A DNA stretch of 64,000 nucleotides. Source: Azolla caroliniana (taxonomy: Eukaryota > Plantae > Polypodiophyta). The stretch spans positions 2,108,001 through 2,172,000 of the forward strand of contig JBHGNT010000015.1 in the NCBI GenBank assembly GCA_043228905.1, written 5' to 3'. This document shows positions 12,435 through 27,379 of the stretch, piece by piece. Numbering within the stretch: the stretch's first letter is position 1; each line of letters starts with the position of its first letter. A model generated the notes under the pieces. The model did not search any database and was not told the DNA's origin. It was given only the letters and a program-made list of their open reading frames with translations. A program made the position numbers and the translations under genes.

Positions 12435-15400
12435 ATGGTGAAATTCTCGAAGCAATTGGAGTTGCAAATGGTGCCAGAATGGAGGGCAGCCTTCTGTGAC
12501 TATAGGAAGCTAAAGAAGGAATTGAAGTTGATGAAGATGAAGATCTACTACAACGACGATGACATGAATGGATCAGATGAGGATGGTAGGAATGAGCATC
12601 ATAAAGAACATAGTGTAGTCATTGATGAGGAAATAAGCAAAAAGGCAGGTGGCAATATTGGGCATGACCATAGTGCATTGAAGAAGATGACCCATGATAA
12701 GAGCCCATATAAGATGTTCAATATGCCCATTACACATCTCACACGTAGAAGGCCTCTAAATGGCCACCCACATCATGTGAATCCTAACGACAACATCATC
12801 AAGGTAAAAAGAAACAATATTTAATTTAAAAAACAAAATTGCATTCATGCCTTGCACATAATAATGCCCTTCATCCTCTAATGTGAAATGACATATCACT
12901 CTCATTGTTTATTATTATATTTATAATAATTCTAATAAATTAATATATTTTTATGAATATAATATTTTTACTACCACTACTAGTGGGATCTACCTTATTG
13001 AGTGTGGGCCATACATTTTCAGTTAGACAACACAAGTCTGTGGAAATTCAAGATCTGAAAGTTGGTCAATCATGTAGGAAGCTTGTGAAATTTTTTTAAA
13101 ATTCTAGACAATCCAAACCTATATACAATAAAATCGTTTGAGTAAAACTGACTGCTTTTTGAGGATCATATCCATTCTCGTTAGGTTGAATATTGTAGGA
13201 AATGGTATGTGGCGTCCACTATAGTTCTCGACCATTTTTACCTAATAGTGAAGTGGTTTATACAACAAAATAAAAGAAGCCTAGTGGGATAATAGAAAAA
13301 CTCATATTCTTTCCCAAATTTAAATTCTTATGAATTGATCATAGCGAAGAATATTTTGAGTCTAAGTTCACACCACACCTCTATTATGTATCTATAACAT
13401 AACTTCTTTCAATACCTAGGGACTATTGTCCGCCTAAAAGGACGAACTACAATCTTCATGGTTAAAGATAAGTTAAAACGTTTATACCAAATCAATGTTC
13501 TATCTATGTATGCTTATCTCTGTATCACTAATAAGACAATGAATTGCTTGTTGTTTACCAACAAATAGTCACAAAGAAAATGCTTGCGATGGAATATCCC
13601 ATAATTAGCTAGTTTCATGAGATCTATGCATTTTCTTTAGTTCCCTAGAGCAAGATGTCTAAGTCACCAATGGCACAAATGTGTGATTTCTTTTTTCATG
13701 TGAGTAACAAGTTTTACACAACACTTAATTGTTGGCATCTCAACTTTTAAGGGTAAAAAATCTTGGAATAAATTTTTTTCTTGCTAATTAGAATGACATC
13801 TAATCATAATTGCTTTCTGAAATGTACAAAAAAAGTAAGTTCCTTTAGTTATATCTTATGTTGGGTTTTAATTTCTAGGTGGTCAAGATCGAAACGATTC
13901 AAACCCGTTCTTTTGTTGAGCATTTGTGTTGCTTTCAATCAAAGAGAATCATTTTTAATGTTGTATATAGATTACATAAATATGTCACATAATGATCATA
14001 ATGCTTATATAAAAATGAGTATTGCTTTTGCGGCGAGATAGGTACACAATAAGAAGTGTGTATCTCATGGCCAAATGGAGATTTATGAAACCGAGGTTCT
14101 AGAACCATTATGTGAGGACCCAAGAGAGGTTTCATTCTTCAAGGGGGTGGATGAAGAGTTGAACAAAGTAAATGGTTTTTATGCGTCAAGGGAGGACGAA
14201 TACTCGCATAAGTTGGATGTTCTAAAAAGGCAATTGACTTACCTTGCCGAAATGCGTAAAACACTTGAGGAACAAGCATCAACATCCTCTAATGTCTCGT
14301 GTTCTATAGACACGTGTGTTATGCCATATACTGAATCTCCTAATAGTACCCCCACAAAATGTAAGTACCATTTTTCTCACCACTTTAACTATTTTTTAAA
14401 CTAGAGTGAGTGTGTGCGCAGACATACACCCAAATGTATTATCTTTTTTGTATGTATGTAACACAAGAATAATATTTAACACTAACAACAAGAATTAATA
14501 TGTAATTTAAAATGTGAAATTAGCATTGTTGAAGAGTGACTCTAGTGGAAATCTTCAAAATGAAACACGATATGAGATGATGGGTAACCATTACATAAAT
14601 CAAATTGAATCCTATCCCGAAAAAGAGAATGAGATTGGGTTTGCGGAGTCAAGCAATACAAGGCAAGTGAATGTGGTACCAACCAACACCGGAAACTATG
14701 GTGAAAACAAAGGAAACAAATTTAAAATGTCAAAGTTACCTCCGGTCCTTGGCATGACCCAATTATTATGGGATAACATGTCAAACAACCTACAAATCAA
14801 GCCGGAGCTTGATGAGACAATTACCAAGAAGAAATTTCGATATGCAAGAAAGAAACTACGTGTGGCATTTGTGGAGTATTATCGAGCTCTTGGTCTTTTG
14901 AAAACCTTTAGGTATGTAAATCATATCGATAATTATTGTTCAATGAGAAAATGATTGCTTATTAAAAACTCTCTTCCATGTTTTTCTTGGTTAACAGTTC
15001 TTTGAATATGTTGGCGTTTGGAAAGATATTAAAGAAATATGACAAGGTGACATTTATGTGTAGTAAATGTTACCATATAGAGAAGCATACCATAGTAATC
15101 CAAGGACCCTCCAAACACAAAAAACTTATTTTGATATTGTAGGTGAATGGAAGAAATGCATCTACTCCTTATTTGCAAGCATTAGAGAGGTCTCGACTAA
15201 ATAATTCAAATAAGGTACGTGTCATAATAGACTCATTGATGAAATTTTGTCTTGTTCCCTAGAATCCTAAGATGTATCGAAAAAGAATAGTTTACAATAG
15301 TAACTAACTTGCATATATAAGTTAATGACTTTCTTAGGTTGATTACCTCATGGAAGAAGTTGAGAAATTGTTTGTTCACAATTTTGCCAAAGATGATAAG

Positions 15401-18028
15401 AAAAAAGCAATGATGTTGTTGATGCCAGCTCAGAAGAAGGCATGTCACGCCATAACATACTTTGTTGGTATGTTTATACGATGTATTTGTTTCTTCATAA
15501 ACAATGTTAGAACAAGATGGTTGTTTGAGTAATATATGTATCAAGACGGTTGTTCTATTTGAATGTGTAGTTATCGTATCATTTTATTGTATAAAGATTC
15601 TAGGAAATATTTGCAAACTTGACTATATCTTGCCATTTCTTTTCTTGCTTCTAGGGCTTTTCTCAGGATGGTCTTTAGCTTTTCTTGCGACATTCGTGAT
15701 ATTGCTACATTTTTATGGTGCAAAATCAAGTGATCCAAAGCTACAAAACTATGCAAAAGTAGTTTATCCTATATACAGGTCTAAAACTATGCAAAATAAG
15801 TCATTCAAATCTTGTGTGTATATCCTTTAAAGAATAAATGTTTGTTGACTATAGACCATATGTGGTAGTGTTTCTTTCGAGGAATACTTTTTCCCTTGGA
15901 ATGTGAAACGTTCAGATGCATATTTTCCGGTCACTCAGACGTTTTATGTTTCCCAATGAACACTTAACAATTTGGCACGATTTTCGTCGACAAACTCATC
16001 ACTAACCAACGTTTAATGTTTCATGAGCAGTGTTTTGTTGTTGATCATCCTTCACATGTTCATGTATGGCTGGAATGTATATCTATGGTGTCAATACAGA
16101 ATAAATTATCCATTCATTTTTGAGTTTGGTTCGAGGACAGAGCTTAGAAGTAGAGAAATCCTTTTGGTATGCACATGCTTGACCACTATAATTGTCGCCA
16201 GCATGGTTTGCCACTTAATTTTCTACTTTCACGATGTCGCCTTGCTCAATCCAACCTCAATTCCATTTGCAACATTCTTGGTACATCTCTAAGATTAAAC
16301 TTGATGTTTTTCCATGTTGAATGTGCGTAGTATGTGGTCATAACTTATAAAATGGTTATTTGTAAGACACAATTGTTTGTTGTTAAGGATGAATGTGTTG
16401 TTTGGGTGCATGAAGATGTGGGTACATCTACATGCTTCAACAATTTGTGAGAATCCAAGAGTTTTTTTTTGGCTTTTCAATTCACTTATTAACTATCATT
16501 TTCTCACATTTTAGGTTTTCTTGCTCCTGTTATTTTGCCCTTTAAATGTATTTCATCGATCAAGCCGGTTCTTCTTCTTGAATTGTATGAAACGCATTTT
16601 CATGGCACCTTTCTACAAAGTACAATATTCTCCACCGAATCTTTCCTCTCACTTTATGTAAATATGTATAGAATAAAACATGTGAGAACATTTATAAAAT
16701 TTGAGCTTGTTTTTTGCAGGTCACATTTGCCGACTTCTTTCTAGCTGACCAACTTACCAGCCAGGTAATTGGTAATTGGTAAAACCTAGTTGGGTATTCC
16801 AATTTGATAAAGTCAACATCCAATTTTCTAACATGGTTTTGCTCTTCTTTCTATAAGGTGGCGACTGTAAGACAAGTGCAATACATATTTTGCTATTATT
16901 TAGGAGGCCAACTTCTATACCATGATGCTTTACACGCATGTGGAGGACCCCAATCTCACCAATATGCATACATCCTATCGTTCCTTCCATACTGGTGGCG
17001 TCTAATGCAAGTAATTTACTTCTTTCATGTTTCTCAAATTCTTGCATTAGATTTCGTACACGTCCATAGTTATGGAGTCAAATGCGAGAACCTAAATATC
17101 AATGTTAAAGTCACATATAGAGTTAGTTTTTCTATAGTCAATATGTGTGTGCATATATGCATTTTACACATGAAAATATTCACATTGTGCCAATGTATAC
17201 ATGCAATTGGGATAGTGTTTGAGGAGATGGAATGATGAAAGGGATGCAGTGCATCTTGCAAATGGAGGAAAATATTTATCGGCAATGGTTGCAATAGGTT
17301 GTAGGCTTTCCTATCAATTCTATAATTCCGAGGCTTGGCTTTTCATCTTTGTGATTACATCGATACTTGCAACTATATACCAAATGTATTGGGATCTTAT
17401 CAAAGATTGGGGACTTCTCCAACGCGACTCACGAAATCCTTGGTTAAGAGATCAACTTCTTGTTAAGGGAAAATGGTTGTACTTTATGTCAATGGTAAGA
17501 TTGTGTACCTTTATGGATATTAAGGTCTTCACTATTAAGTCTCCATCATTGTATGAAATATATTCTAACAACACAGTCAATTTGAAATTGTATGTGTAGG
17601 GTTTTAATTGTGTTCTAAGACTTGCGTGGCTCCAATCACTCACACATTTTCCATCAAACAATTCCGATCACTATTTTCTTGATTTCTTGTTTGCCGCATT
17701 AGAGGTGATTCGAAGGGGCCATTGGAACTTCTATAGGTATGATAGCTACCATGTTTTAGTCATCAAATTATCAATATTACACTTCCTATTTGTATCAGTA
17801 AGTTCAACAAACTATCTACATCAAATTAAATGCCATTGAAGTAATAGTGAGCTACAATGAAGTAATCTCATCATAAATCAAATTTGATGCCAACGAAGAA
17901 TGACAATTCTTTATAAACAATGTGTTGTCGATAGGTTGGAAAATGAGCACCTCAACAATGTGGGAAAGTATCGAGCGGTGAAGGCAGTTCCTCTCCCATT
18001 TCGAGATGAGTTCGTCAAAGGCATATAA
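12435..18028 (+). CDS. PHO1: PHO1-family phosphate exporter (SPX + EXS), 14 coding exons, 837 aa
   Basis: Exons: 12435-12803, 14042-14360, 14524-14911, 14998-15046, 15143-15214, 15338-15467, 15655-15778, 16031-16280, 16515-16619, 16720-16764, 16858-17010, 17216-17494, 17600-17736, 17935-18028. All introns GT-AG with compatible phases; 2514 nt, open. Motifs [67 protein letters not shown]. Confidence 0.95.
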
Positions 18029-20297
18029 ATGGTACAATCACAATGGGGTTTCCACCATGCATTCGGATGTACTGAAAAGCACAATGAACAACTTCATTTC
18101 TATAAATGTCTAGTGTGGTCGATAATTGCTCTATTTTTTATACATAAGAAGTACACCATCATCCATTGTCAACCATTTTTTAGTGGTGCAAAAATAAACT
18201 AATACATGAACAAAGTGGAACATAAGGACAACATGGGTAACATTTTTTTAATAAGAAAAGGGATGTTTTAAGACGTGCGACCTACTGTTTCATTGACGTG
18301 TATTTTTAAAGCATGTCATCTCGTTGGAATGGAAAACGTTTAACTTGATTGTCCACTAACATGTGAAAACTTTGGTTGATTGTCCAAACGCACAAACGTA
18401 AGACATTTAATTAGATTTGCATAATATCATGGAAAACACCATGCATTTTCTTCATAACTTACTATAGTATAAAATTAAATCGACATAATTTAATAGAAAG
18501 ATGATGTGGTCCATTGCGGATAAAAAACTACATAACCCATACAATATTATATTAATACATTATTTTAGCATTACAGAATCAGTCTTGTTTGGTGTATTGA
18601 TACCCATAAACCTTAAAAACATTACCTAATTTTAGGGTTTTGTTTTTTTATTTTTTTAAATTGATTAATAGATTAGAAACACCTTTATGATAATAGTAGA
18701 ACAAAAACCATTTTTGAAAGTTTCATTACCAATTATGCCATTATTCATGATAATAACATATTTCTCTTAAACATTTCTCATCCTCGTAATAAAAATATTT
18801 TCTTTCTCCTTTACATTCATCTTGATTAATCAATGCACATGAGTGTACTTCCCAAAACCATTACATAGCACTTGTAACCACATTCTTGTGTAGCATGAAA
18901 AAGAGGACCTCGAAGACTAGAAAGAATAAAATGAAACTAGATTGTAGATTAGAGTTAATTATGGACCTTGGTTTGGCTCAAACCAAACCAAAACATTAAG
19001 AATGTTGTTTATCGGTTCAAATATAATTAAAGAGTTTGGTTTGGTTCCTAAATTGACATTTATAAGTTTATCAATTTAACAGTTTATCGACTTTCTACAT
19101 ACACAACATCTGCATATATCCATATAAAACTGAAGGCATAAGAATAGAAACTCTATTATAGCCAAGAAGTAGATAAGAAGGTAGTAGCAAAAGGGTATTC
19201 TCAAAAATTGTGTTAGAAAAGGGTATTTTGGGAAATTTGTTAGGACGAAGGTATTCTCAAAAACTGTAATGGGTTCCTTGTTCCTTTTTTTCTTGTGGAT
19301 GGGATTTTTGCTAGGTCGATGTCTCAATACCCAATTTGATGATATTTTTCCCAATTCAATTGTTCTACACAATTCGCACACTCCACTAATTTCCTTATCC
19401 TTGAGGATTTTAGGGAAAATGTTTTGGGAGAATGGAACTTTAGTAAAATTGTGTGATGGTGAAGGGTGTGGGAAAGTTTGTTGGAGAAAGTCGGAGAAAG
19501 GTATTTCGGGAAAGTGTGTTAGGTGAAGGATATTGCGATTTTGACCAACATGTAAGAAGTTGCAAGCCTGCGAATCAATTTCGAACAACGAGAGTCAAAC
19601 CCATTGTGCCAACTGAAGTAGGCGCCCATCCACTAGACAGTGCCAAAAGGGAGGACAAGGATATAATTTTTATCAAGGAAGGGTATTTCCATAATTGACC
19701 AAAAGGAGTGCTCAAACATCGACTCTTGGCTATCATCAAGTCAAAGGCTACCTTCGACTCCAACTAGAGTCAGCTCAACTTTGTTGATCATCCTCGATTG
19801 CCAACCACCCCACCATCTCTACTACCTATCATCATGTCGCCACATCCACACATCTACCATCGATCATCGATGTCGCATGCCATCCATCGTTGCAAGTGTT
19901 ATTGCTCCTTGTCATTATTAGTGTCGTCAATATTTGCATGTGAAGTCACCTATCAGGTCACTTGACCCAACCCTTCCCTTTTCACTTCTATTTTATTTCT
20001 TCCCTTAAAGTTCATTACCCACTAGAAAAGGGAAAGGGAAATTGCCTTCTTGAAATGCCCTTTAGTTATCAATATGTTCATTAACAACGTTCGGGCGTGT
20101 CTATCAAAATGTTGATGTCTGGCAATGAGCTCAAATCCTTCTCCTTTTATAGGTTTCAAGAGTCCCATTACCGAAATAGTAACTTCCGTTTTATAACACT
20201 TCACCTCGAAACTCATTCGTCATGAAAGTTATATGTCCTTTTTTGTTTTTGCCACATATCACATCCCTATATTTGTGGACATTATATATCACCTTTC

Positions 20298-20845
20298 TGT
20301 GGAGATCGTTACCGGCCCAACCAGATTCTTGTTTGTATATGCAGATACAAAGATCAAGGGCACAATGTACAGATAGACAGAAAACGAAAATACAGAAAGC
20401 GAGATACAGAGACAAGATTTAACGTGGAAACCCAAATCGGGAAAAACCACGTGGAGTCCACAAACTCCAAAACAGATCACTATAGGTAGAGAGGAAATAC
20501 AACCAGAAACTCAGAGGCGACAACCTCAAGATCTTCTTTGTCAATGATCGGTTGCAAAGTTATACTCTCCCTCGCTCTCTCTCTCTCACAGTTACAGAGG
20601 CAACTACCTCGTTCTAACTTTTCACACTCTGCACACACAACATAAAGTTTGCCCTAGTATATATATACTTATACAACTTTATGGCTATTTACATACATAG
20701 CCCACATGGGGCACATTTCGACTATTTACAAATATAGTCTCCCGAGTTGGCTATATCCTCGATTTTGATTTCGGCCTCGGCCTCGGCTGAGTTACTCATC
20801 AACTCAGCTCTTCTCTTCCCATCCGGATGAATCCATTTCCCAACA
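20298..20845 (-). mobile_element. Copia solo LTR
   Basis: TG..CA ends; TSD CTTTC at 20293-20297 and 20846-20850; homologous to LTR 24335-24893. Confidence 0.92.
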
Positions 20846-21276
20846 CTTTCTCCCTCTAAGGATATTTGAACTTCTGCTATCATTGAGAATGATAAATTGT
20901 ATGATGAATATGCAATCTTCAAGAGGAAAGCAACCATAGAAGCCATTTAGAAGAATTTTTTGGATCTTTTGAGTATGATAAATTGTAGTGATGTCTAGCA
21001 AGAAAAGCTAATTGAGCTTTTAAAGCTTCTATTGATAAGGTTGATTCAAATTTCTTCTAGAGTAGCATGTGACAGAGGCCTTAATCGTTAGGAATAAGTT
21101 CATGAGTACACTTTAAAAAAATGTATCTAATGCTTTCACACAAATTTCTATTGATGAACCTAAACTAAAAGAACATGACTCCATTGCTAGTATTTTGTAA
21201 TGGCAAGAAAGAAAGGAATATCATCATGTGGAATTCCGCTTGATCATAATGACATTGAAGATCTCATAGAAGTTAT

Positions 21277-21772
21277 TGTTGGGAAATCAGTCCCTCCGGA
21301 TGGGATTCGGTGATGAATGAAGAGGACTCGGTGAGAACCGGAAGTGAAGACATATTTGTAAATATGTTTTGTGTAAGCTTATTGAGGCTACATTTGTAAA
21401 TAGCCCTAAGTTCATATAAGTATAAATATGACTTAGGGCAATCACTCTATATGAGTTGTGTTGTTGTTATCATATTGTTGTATGAGTATACTGTGGTAGA
21501 GAGAGACACAGAGCGATACTCTGTTGTAACCGCCACTCGGCAAAGAAACAGAGCTCGAGGTCGTTGCCTCCGAGTCTCTAATTGTACCTTTCTCCTATGG
21601 TGATAGTTCGGAGTCCGTGGGCTCCCGTGGTTTTTCCCACTTAGGGTTTTCCACGTAAACATCCTGTGTATTTCCTTATGTCTCTCTCCATTTCCCATTT
21701 CTGTGTTTGATTCTCATTGAAGTGATTCAAGACTCGGTTGTGGCCGAGCAACATTCCACGCTTTTCTCTTCA
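21277..21772 (+). mobile_element. Copia solo LTR
   Basis: TGTTGGGAAA..TCTTCA; TSD GTTAT at 21272-21276 and 21773-21777; related to the other Copia LTRs. Confidence 0.9.
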
Positions 21773-22038
21773 GTTATAGATTGAACATTTCTTAATTTTC
21801 TCTAATATGTCTTTGTATTTTCCCCATTTAGTGGCCTACTATTCTCTCTTACAAAGAGAATTAGCTATAAGCGTTCTACGATTTGGAATACGATGCATTA
21901 TTTGTGAAACATCTTGTCATTTTGAGTGGCATGAACACTTCAAGGAAAGTGACCAATTTATGCTTTTTGAAATTTTGGTTAGGTTCATGAGAAGCATGAA
22001 AATTTCTACTAGGATTATAATAAAGGTTTCTCCAACAT

Positions 22039-22578
22039 GGTGCAATATTATGGGTGGTGGTACATGATAAACCTATGGTATATGAATAGGAGGAGGTTGC
22101 AGATGTTATTGTGATAAGATATAGTTTGATGGAAAAACATTTGATCCTTTTGAATCCACAAATACAAACTGATAAAACTCAAATATGGCAATTGGTACAT
22201 AGTATACAATTTGGTATATTTGGAAGGCTCGATGTTTGAAGGTATTTCAAAATGTGACTGAAAAACTTTCCCAAATAATTTCGGGAATTTGGATAGAGAT
22301 TGTGCATAATCTCATAGGGTTGTTGGAAAGTATAAAAGGTAATACGCACCAAGCGGAGCTTAAGCGTTTAGAGTTTCATGCCATTTGGGACATAGGTATA
22401 TTTTATAGACGGCTTGTTGATAAGGTGGAGTGGTTTTACTCAACACCAAAGTATTTATTTAAGCTGATGGTTAGAATTTAGAAAAATATAGGGGATATGT
22501 GGTATATTTTGTATGTATGGCCTTATGGCGTTTTCTAATACTAATGTAGACTTATCTTTTTTTGGAAGAAAAAAAAAA
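22039..22578 (+). mobile_element. 5'-truncated LINE fragment (ORF2 C-terminus plus poly A)
   Basis: TSD gtttctccaacat at 22026-22038 and 22579-22591; A10 tail; peptide WKARCLKVFQN..IWIEIVH..WFYSTP resembles the end of the first LINE. Confidence 0.85.
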
Positions 22579-23380
22579 GTTTCTCCAACATCAAACACAT
22601 GATTTAATATTAAGATCATAGCACCGAGAACTCTAAAAAGGTTCTAGAGCATTGTGATGTGAAAGAGCCGAAGATCAAGTTTAGAGAAGTGTAGCATGTT
22701 AAAGAGACCATGACCAAGTTCCTACATCTAGAGTGTCTTTTGGTGTGAAAGGACTAATCAACTATAAGTCTTGAAGTATGTGAAATGACTAAAGAGAAAT
22801 TATGGAGCATTTAGAATTGAGAAATGCTTTTCAAGCATTATGGGGCCACCTTGTGATGTGAAATGGCCCAGAATCATGTCTAGGCCACATGAGCTCATGA
22901 AAAGGTCATTGCCCAAGTCAAGTATCTAGAAGCGAAAAATATCTCAAAAGTAATCCTAAAGCACCTTGTGATATGGAGGGGCTTGTAATCAAACCTAACA
23001 TTGTAATGGTGTGAAGGATTAACAATAAATTGACAATCATATGTCTGACTCGATAAAATCATGCTTTAGGGTCAAGTAAGGTTACATATCAATCTATGCG
23101 TCTAGCCAGACAATTAATTTAAACCTCTACTGCATTGATTAGGTGGAGAGGTTAATATCTACACTTGGTGAAACATATCTTCTTTGCTCTTGAATTGAGT
23201 GTAAAATCATTAGTTCAAGCATGCGTATAACCTGTTGATTCTTAAGCATGCATTGGAACTACACAATTGAGAACCTTTTGCTAAAAAGAGGGAATCATGG
23301 TGTAAAACATATTTAAATTTATTCTTAAGCATCCCACGCTTCATAATTGTTGAATATATGATATGATACGATATGCAGAA

Positions 23381-24334
23381 TGTAAAAGTTAACGTGCGGA
23401 AGCTTCTAGACACAACCGGCTCAGCCGGATAGCAACAGAAAACAGAATGAAGGTTTAATGGAAAGCTTGAGACACACACACACACAAAGAGTACGCAATT
23501 CATCCTTTATCTTCAAGCCCTTCACCACATCAGAGCATGTCCAGGTCTTGGCCTTCTTCTTCCGATCGGCTCTGTCCTTCTTGACTCTGCCGTCGTTGCC
23601 GCTTGTTCTGAATATATCAGATGTGTCGACTTCTTCGGCGGACTTGGCTCCCTTTTTCTTCTTGTCTTCAGCTACTTCTCTAGTGCCTTTACCTATCCTC
23701 CTGGTTCATGTTCCCGTTCTAGTTCTCCCCCTCAAGTGCAACACGTCGAGATGTTCGATACCAAGCATCTTTGAGAAGTGTTGCAACTTGTCCAATCCGA
23801 GTTGCTTGGTGAGGATGTCGGCAACATGCCAATTGGTTCAAACATACCTGAGTTCGACTTCACCGCTTAGGACCCACTCGCGCACCTCGATGTGCTTTGT
23901 GCAAGCATGGAATACGAGGTTCTTGGCGAGCTGCATGCTACTGATGTTGTCGCAGTAGATCAGGATCGGAGTCGGTACTTCGATTTGGAGGTCCTATAGT
24001 AGTCACTGAAGCCATATAGCTTCATAGGTCACAACTGTGGCTCCTCTATACTCAACCTTAATGCTCGATAGAGCCACTATCGGCTGCTTCTTGTTGCCCC
24101 ACGCAATAGTCATGCTCCCAAGAGAAAAGATAAAGTTTGATGTTGACTGACGATCTGACACAACACCAGTCCAATCGACATCTGTATAAACGACTAACTT
24201 TTCGGTTATCCGTGTTAGTACAACAATCCCCGATCCTTATTGCCGCTTACATATCGCAATACTCGATGCGCGCACTAAAGGTGCTCGACGATCGTTCGCT
24301 ACATGAACTGGCTGATCACTCCGACCAGATAACT
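23381..24334 (-). mobile_element. Degenerate Copia fragment (RT end, RNase H, partial LTR), second family
   Basis: EYRGA..EAIWL, IYCDNISS..LAKN.VFH..TKHIEV and VADILTK motifs with stops; ttgagggggag purine tract; interrupted at 24335 by Copia B. Confidence 0.85.
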
Positions 24335-25689
24335 TGTTGGGAAAACCACGTCCCTCTGGATGGGATGAGCCGAATCGAAGAACCAGCTCGGCCGAGGCCG
24401 AAAATCGATTTCCCAAAACTGAAATCGAGAATCGTAATACCATCTATTCGGAAGACTATATTTGTAAATAGTCTAAATGTGCCCATGTGGACTATACTTG
24501 TAAATAACCATAAAGTTATTTTAGTATATAAACAACTAGGGCAAATTTTAGATTGGAGTAGAATCATTGGGGTGAAGATCATTGTTGTAAAGTTACACTA
24601 AAGGTAGTTGCCTTCATAACTGTGAGTGAGAGTGAGAGTGTAACCCTGTAGGCGTTTGTCAGACGAAGGAGAACTCGAGGTCGTTGCCTCCAAGTTTCTC
24701 ATTGTACTTCTCCTCTATCTTAGTGATTTGTTTTGGAGTTTGTGGACTCCACGTGGTTTTTCCCAGTTCGGGTTTCCACATTAAACCTCAATGTCTCTGT
24801 TCTTTCTGTTTTTCTGTCTGTGTATCTATTTCGCTCATTTCTTTGCACCCGCATATGAACATGAAACTGGTTGTGGCCAGTCGATTCTCAACAAAGTGGT
24901 ATCAGAGCGATGAAAGACTCGTTCGACGACATGTTCAAGTTAACCGGCTCCAACTACTCAGTGTGGAAGTCGAAGATGAAAGACATGCTCATGTGCAAAG
25001 ACCTCCGGCTGTCGGTGCAGTTCGGAGATAAAAGACCAGACAAGATTGATGCATCAACTTGGAAAGTCATCCATCTGAAGGCAGAAACATACATAAGGTG
25101 TTTTATAGACATAAGTCTATACAACAACTTTGATGAAGAGACGAGTGTCGACGTCCTCTAGAAGAAGATTGACGTGATGTTCGAAAAACAAGAATGCCGT
25201 GAACAGAGTCTCAGTTTTCAAAAAAATCGTGAGACTCCGGTATCAAGACAGCTCCAACATGGCGGAGCACATTAATGCCTTCCAAGGACTAATGAATCAA
25301 ATCACCTCTCTAGAACCCGGGGACTCCACTATATATAAGACGGTTGTATCACATGCGTTCATGACATCATTTATAAACCCCTTATACGTATGGTTTTTAC
25401 TATTTTAGTGACCCTTTTGTAGAAAAAAGATTAATAAAAATACCCCTTACTACCAATATATTTTTTGATAACCACCTATTTTAAATACCCTTACATATAA
25501 AATATACATGCACACATAGTTTCCAATCCTAGAAGGGATCAATGACTGCCTTTACAATTGATGACTCACAAAATTATGAATGAAAATTAAACATCATACG
25601 CAATTCCTAGAAATGCTTCATCAAGTGCCACATAGATTGAAAACACAATGTGTAAAGTACAAAGTAATGCACACACAATTAGGAAAAGT

Positions 25690-25945
25690 AGTACCGACGG
25701 AAACTAATATGCCCTCGGAAGTGGAGAGAGGCGAGTCCAGCGTACACTATTTCGTGTGTCAACAACCTGGTCATTACGCGACGTAGTGCCCAGAAGCATG
25801 CCCTTTCTGGCCCTGCATGGTGAACACTCGCTCTGTCACACCCCTAGGGTTAATCCGGAAACTAGGCATCGTCGTTGGCAGCCATCGCTTCGACATCTCT
25901 GCGGTAGTGCTTGCCCTAGACACCCCGGGAGCATACCCAATACCC
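25690..25945 (+). pseudogene. Gypsy-like gag zinc-knuckle/protease fragment inside the DNA transposon
   Basis: VCQQPGHYAT*CP then VTPLGLIRKLGIVVGSHRFDISAVVLALDTPGAYP. Confidence 0.5.
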
Positions 25946-26226
25946 AAAAACACTAGAGGTATAACTTATATAAGCCACATATAAGTTTTTTTTTAGTTTA
26001 TTGAGACATATGAAGAATATAGAGTGATAAAAAACTATGTAATTTACAATAAAACAATCTTGAACTTGACATATATATCTCAAAGAGCACATATGGAACA
26101 ATCCAAAATGCATATCAATAATGAAATTACTAACAAATTAACATTATGTTTGGTTTCATGGATAGACTCATATGAAGCCATAACGTTATTTTTTCTCAAA
26201 CACATTGATCAAACAAATGACAACCT

Positions 26227-27300
26227 ATTTTATATTTCCATTTGTACTTGATTGTATGTGTTGAGACAAAATTGTTGACAAATCACTCTGTGGAGGGCAT
26301 AATGGTAACCAAGATCCATCAATCTTGCATTTTACCTTCACCATTGCCTTATTTTTATATCCATGAAGTGTTGTATCTATTAAATCAAATTTTGCATCTA
26401 TAAAAAAACAGTTTTCACATATATTAGCATATTATTCATAACTACAAACAATATTAAGGTTTAAAGTACAAACATGCTTACCACTTGTAGTGTCATTAAA
26501 AGTCTTGAGAACTTCCAACGAAAACTTGATATAGGCCTTGTCATCTATTTTAGATAAGTTTATTGATTCATCTTGTTGGCGTAACCCCCTTCGAGCATAA
26601 TATCGTTTGTCATGACTTTGGCTCTTAATATGACTTCTAAAAAATTTATTAAGACACACATTTTCTACTTTTGCTTCCATAGAACCAGCACCATAGGGTT
26701 CTCCACACTCATTGCACCATAATCTTATGACTATTTTTCCACAAAAATCCTCAACCTTCAACTCAAATTTATAATCTCGAGGAATTGTAGCATTACTTAA
26801 TTTTACATGTATCCAATTACATTCTATCATCCATGACCTAAAACATCTCTAGGAATCTTATCCTTGATTGTTTCAATTGGAGATGTATCTTTAAGATTGT
26901 ATCTCGAGGAATTGTAGCATTACTTAATTTTACATGTATCCTATTACATTCTATCATCCATGACCTAAAACATCTCGAGGAATCTTATCCTTGATTGTTT
27001 CAATTGGAGATGTATCTTTAAGATTGTCCCCAGCTTGACTCAACAATGAACCCTCAACATTCGTACATGATTCTTTTGAAGAGACATTTTGTTTATCAAT
27101 GCTAGGCTTGATATAGACTTTATTTTCTTTTAAACACCATTTCTCTTCTTGTTTCCCATTCAAAATATTTTTTTTGTGTACACAATGGAAAATAGTTCAT
27201 AAAATATACCGTCCTCAATTATTTCCACTTAGATCTTTGCATATGTAAGAGCTCCTCTCACACTTACAATGCCAAAAGGTTTATCTTCATCATCCCTCTC
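26227..27300 (-). pseudogene. Spliced, degenerate gene fragment with Zn-finger-like motifs
   Basis: WCNEC..H.KSQSH motif. GT-AG phase-1 intron 26398-26481 joins TTS-D-AKFDL in frame. Second C..H(x5) motif. Disrupted by a 127-bp duplication. Confidence 0.5.
26774..27027. repeat. 127-bp tandem duplication
   Basis: 26774-26900 is near-identical to 26901-27027. Confidence 0.9.
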
Positions 27301-27379
27301 ATGTTCAAACACTTCAATAATAGATACTTCATCCATTATCTACACATAGAATGGTTCACCTATCACTTTTCATATAACC

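Noticed and set aside
18960-20200. Possible MITE/MULE remnants (aaacc repeats, aagggtatt motifs)
   Set aside because: No TIR pair or TSD could be established by eye.
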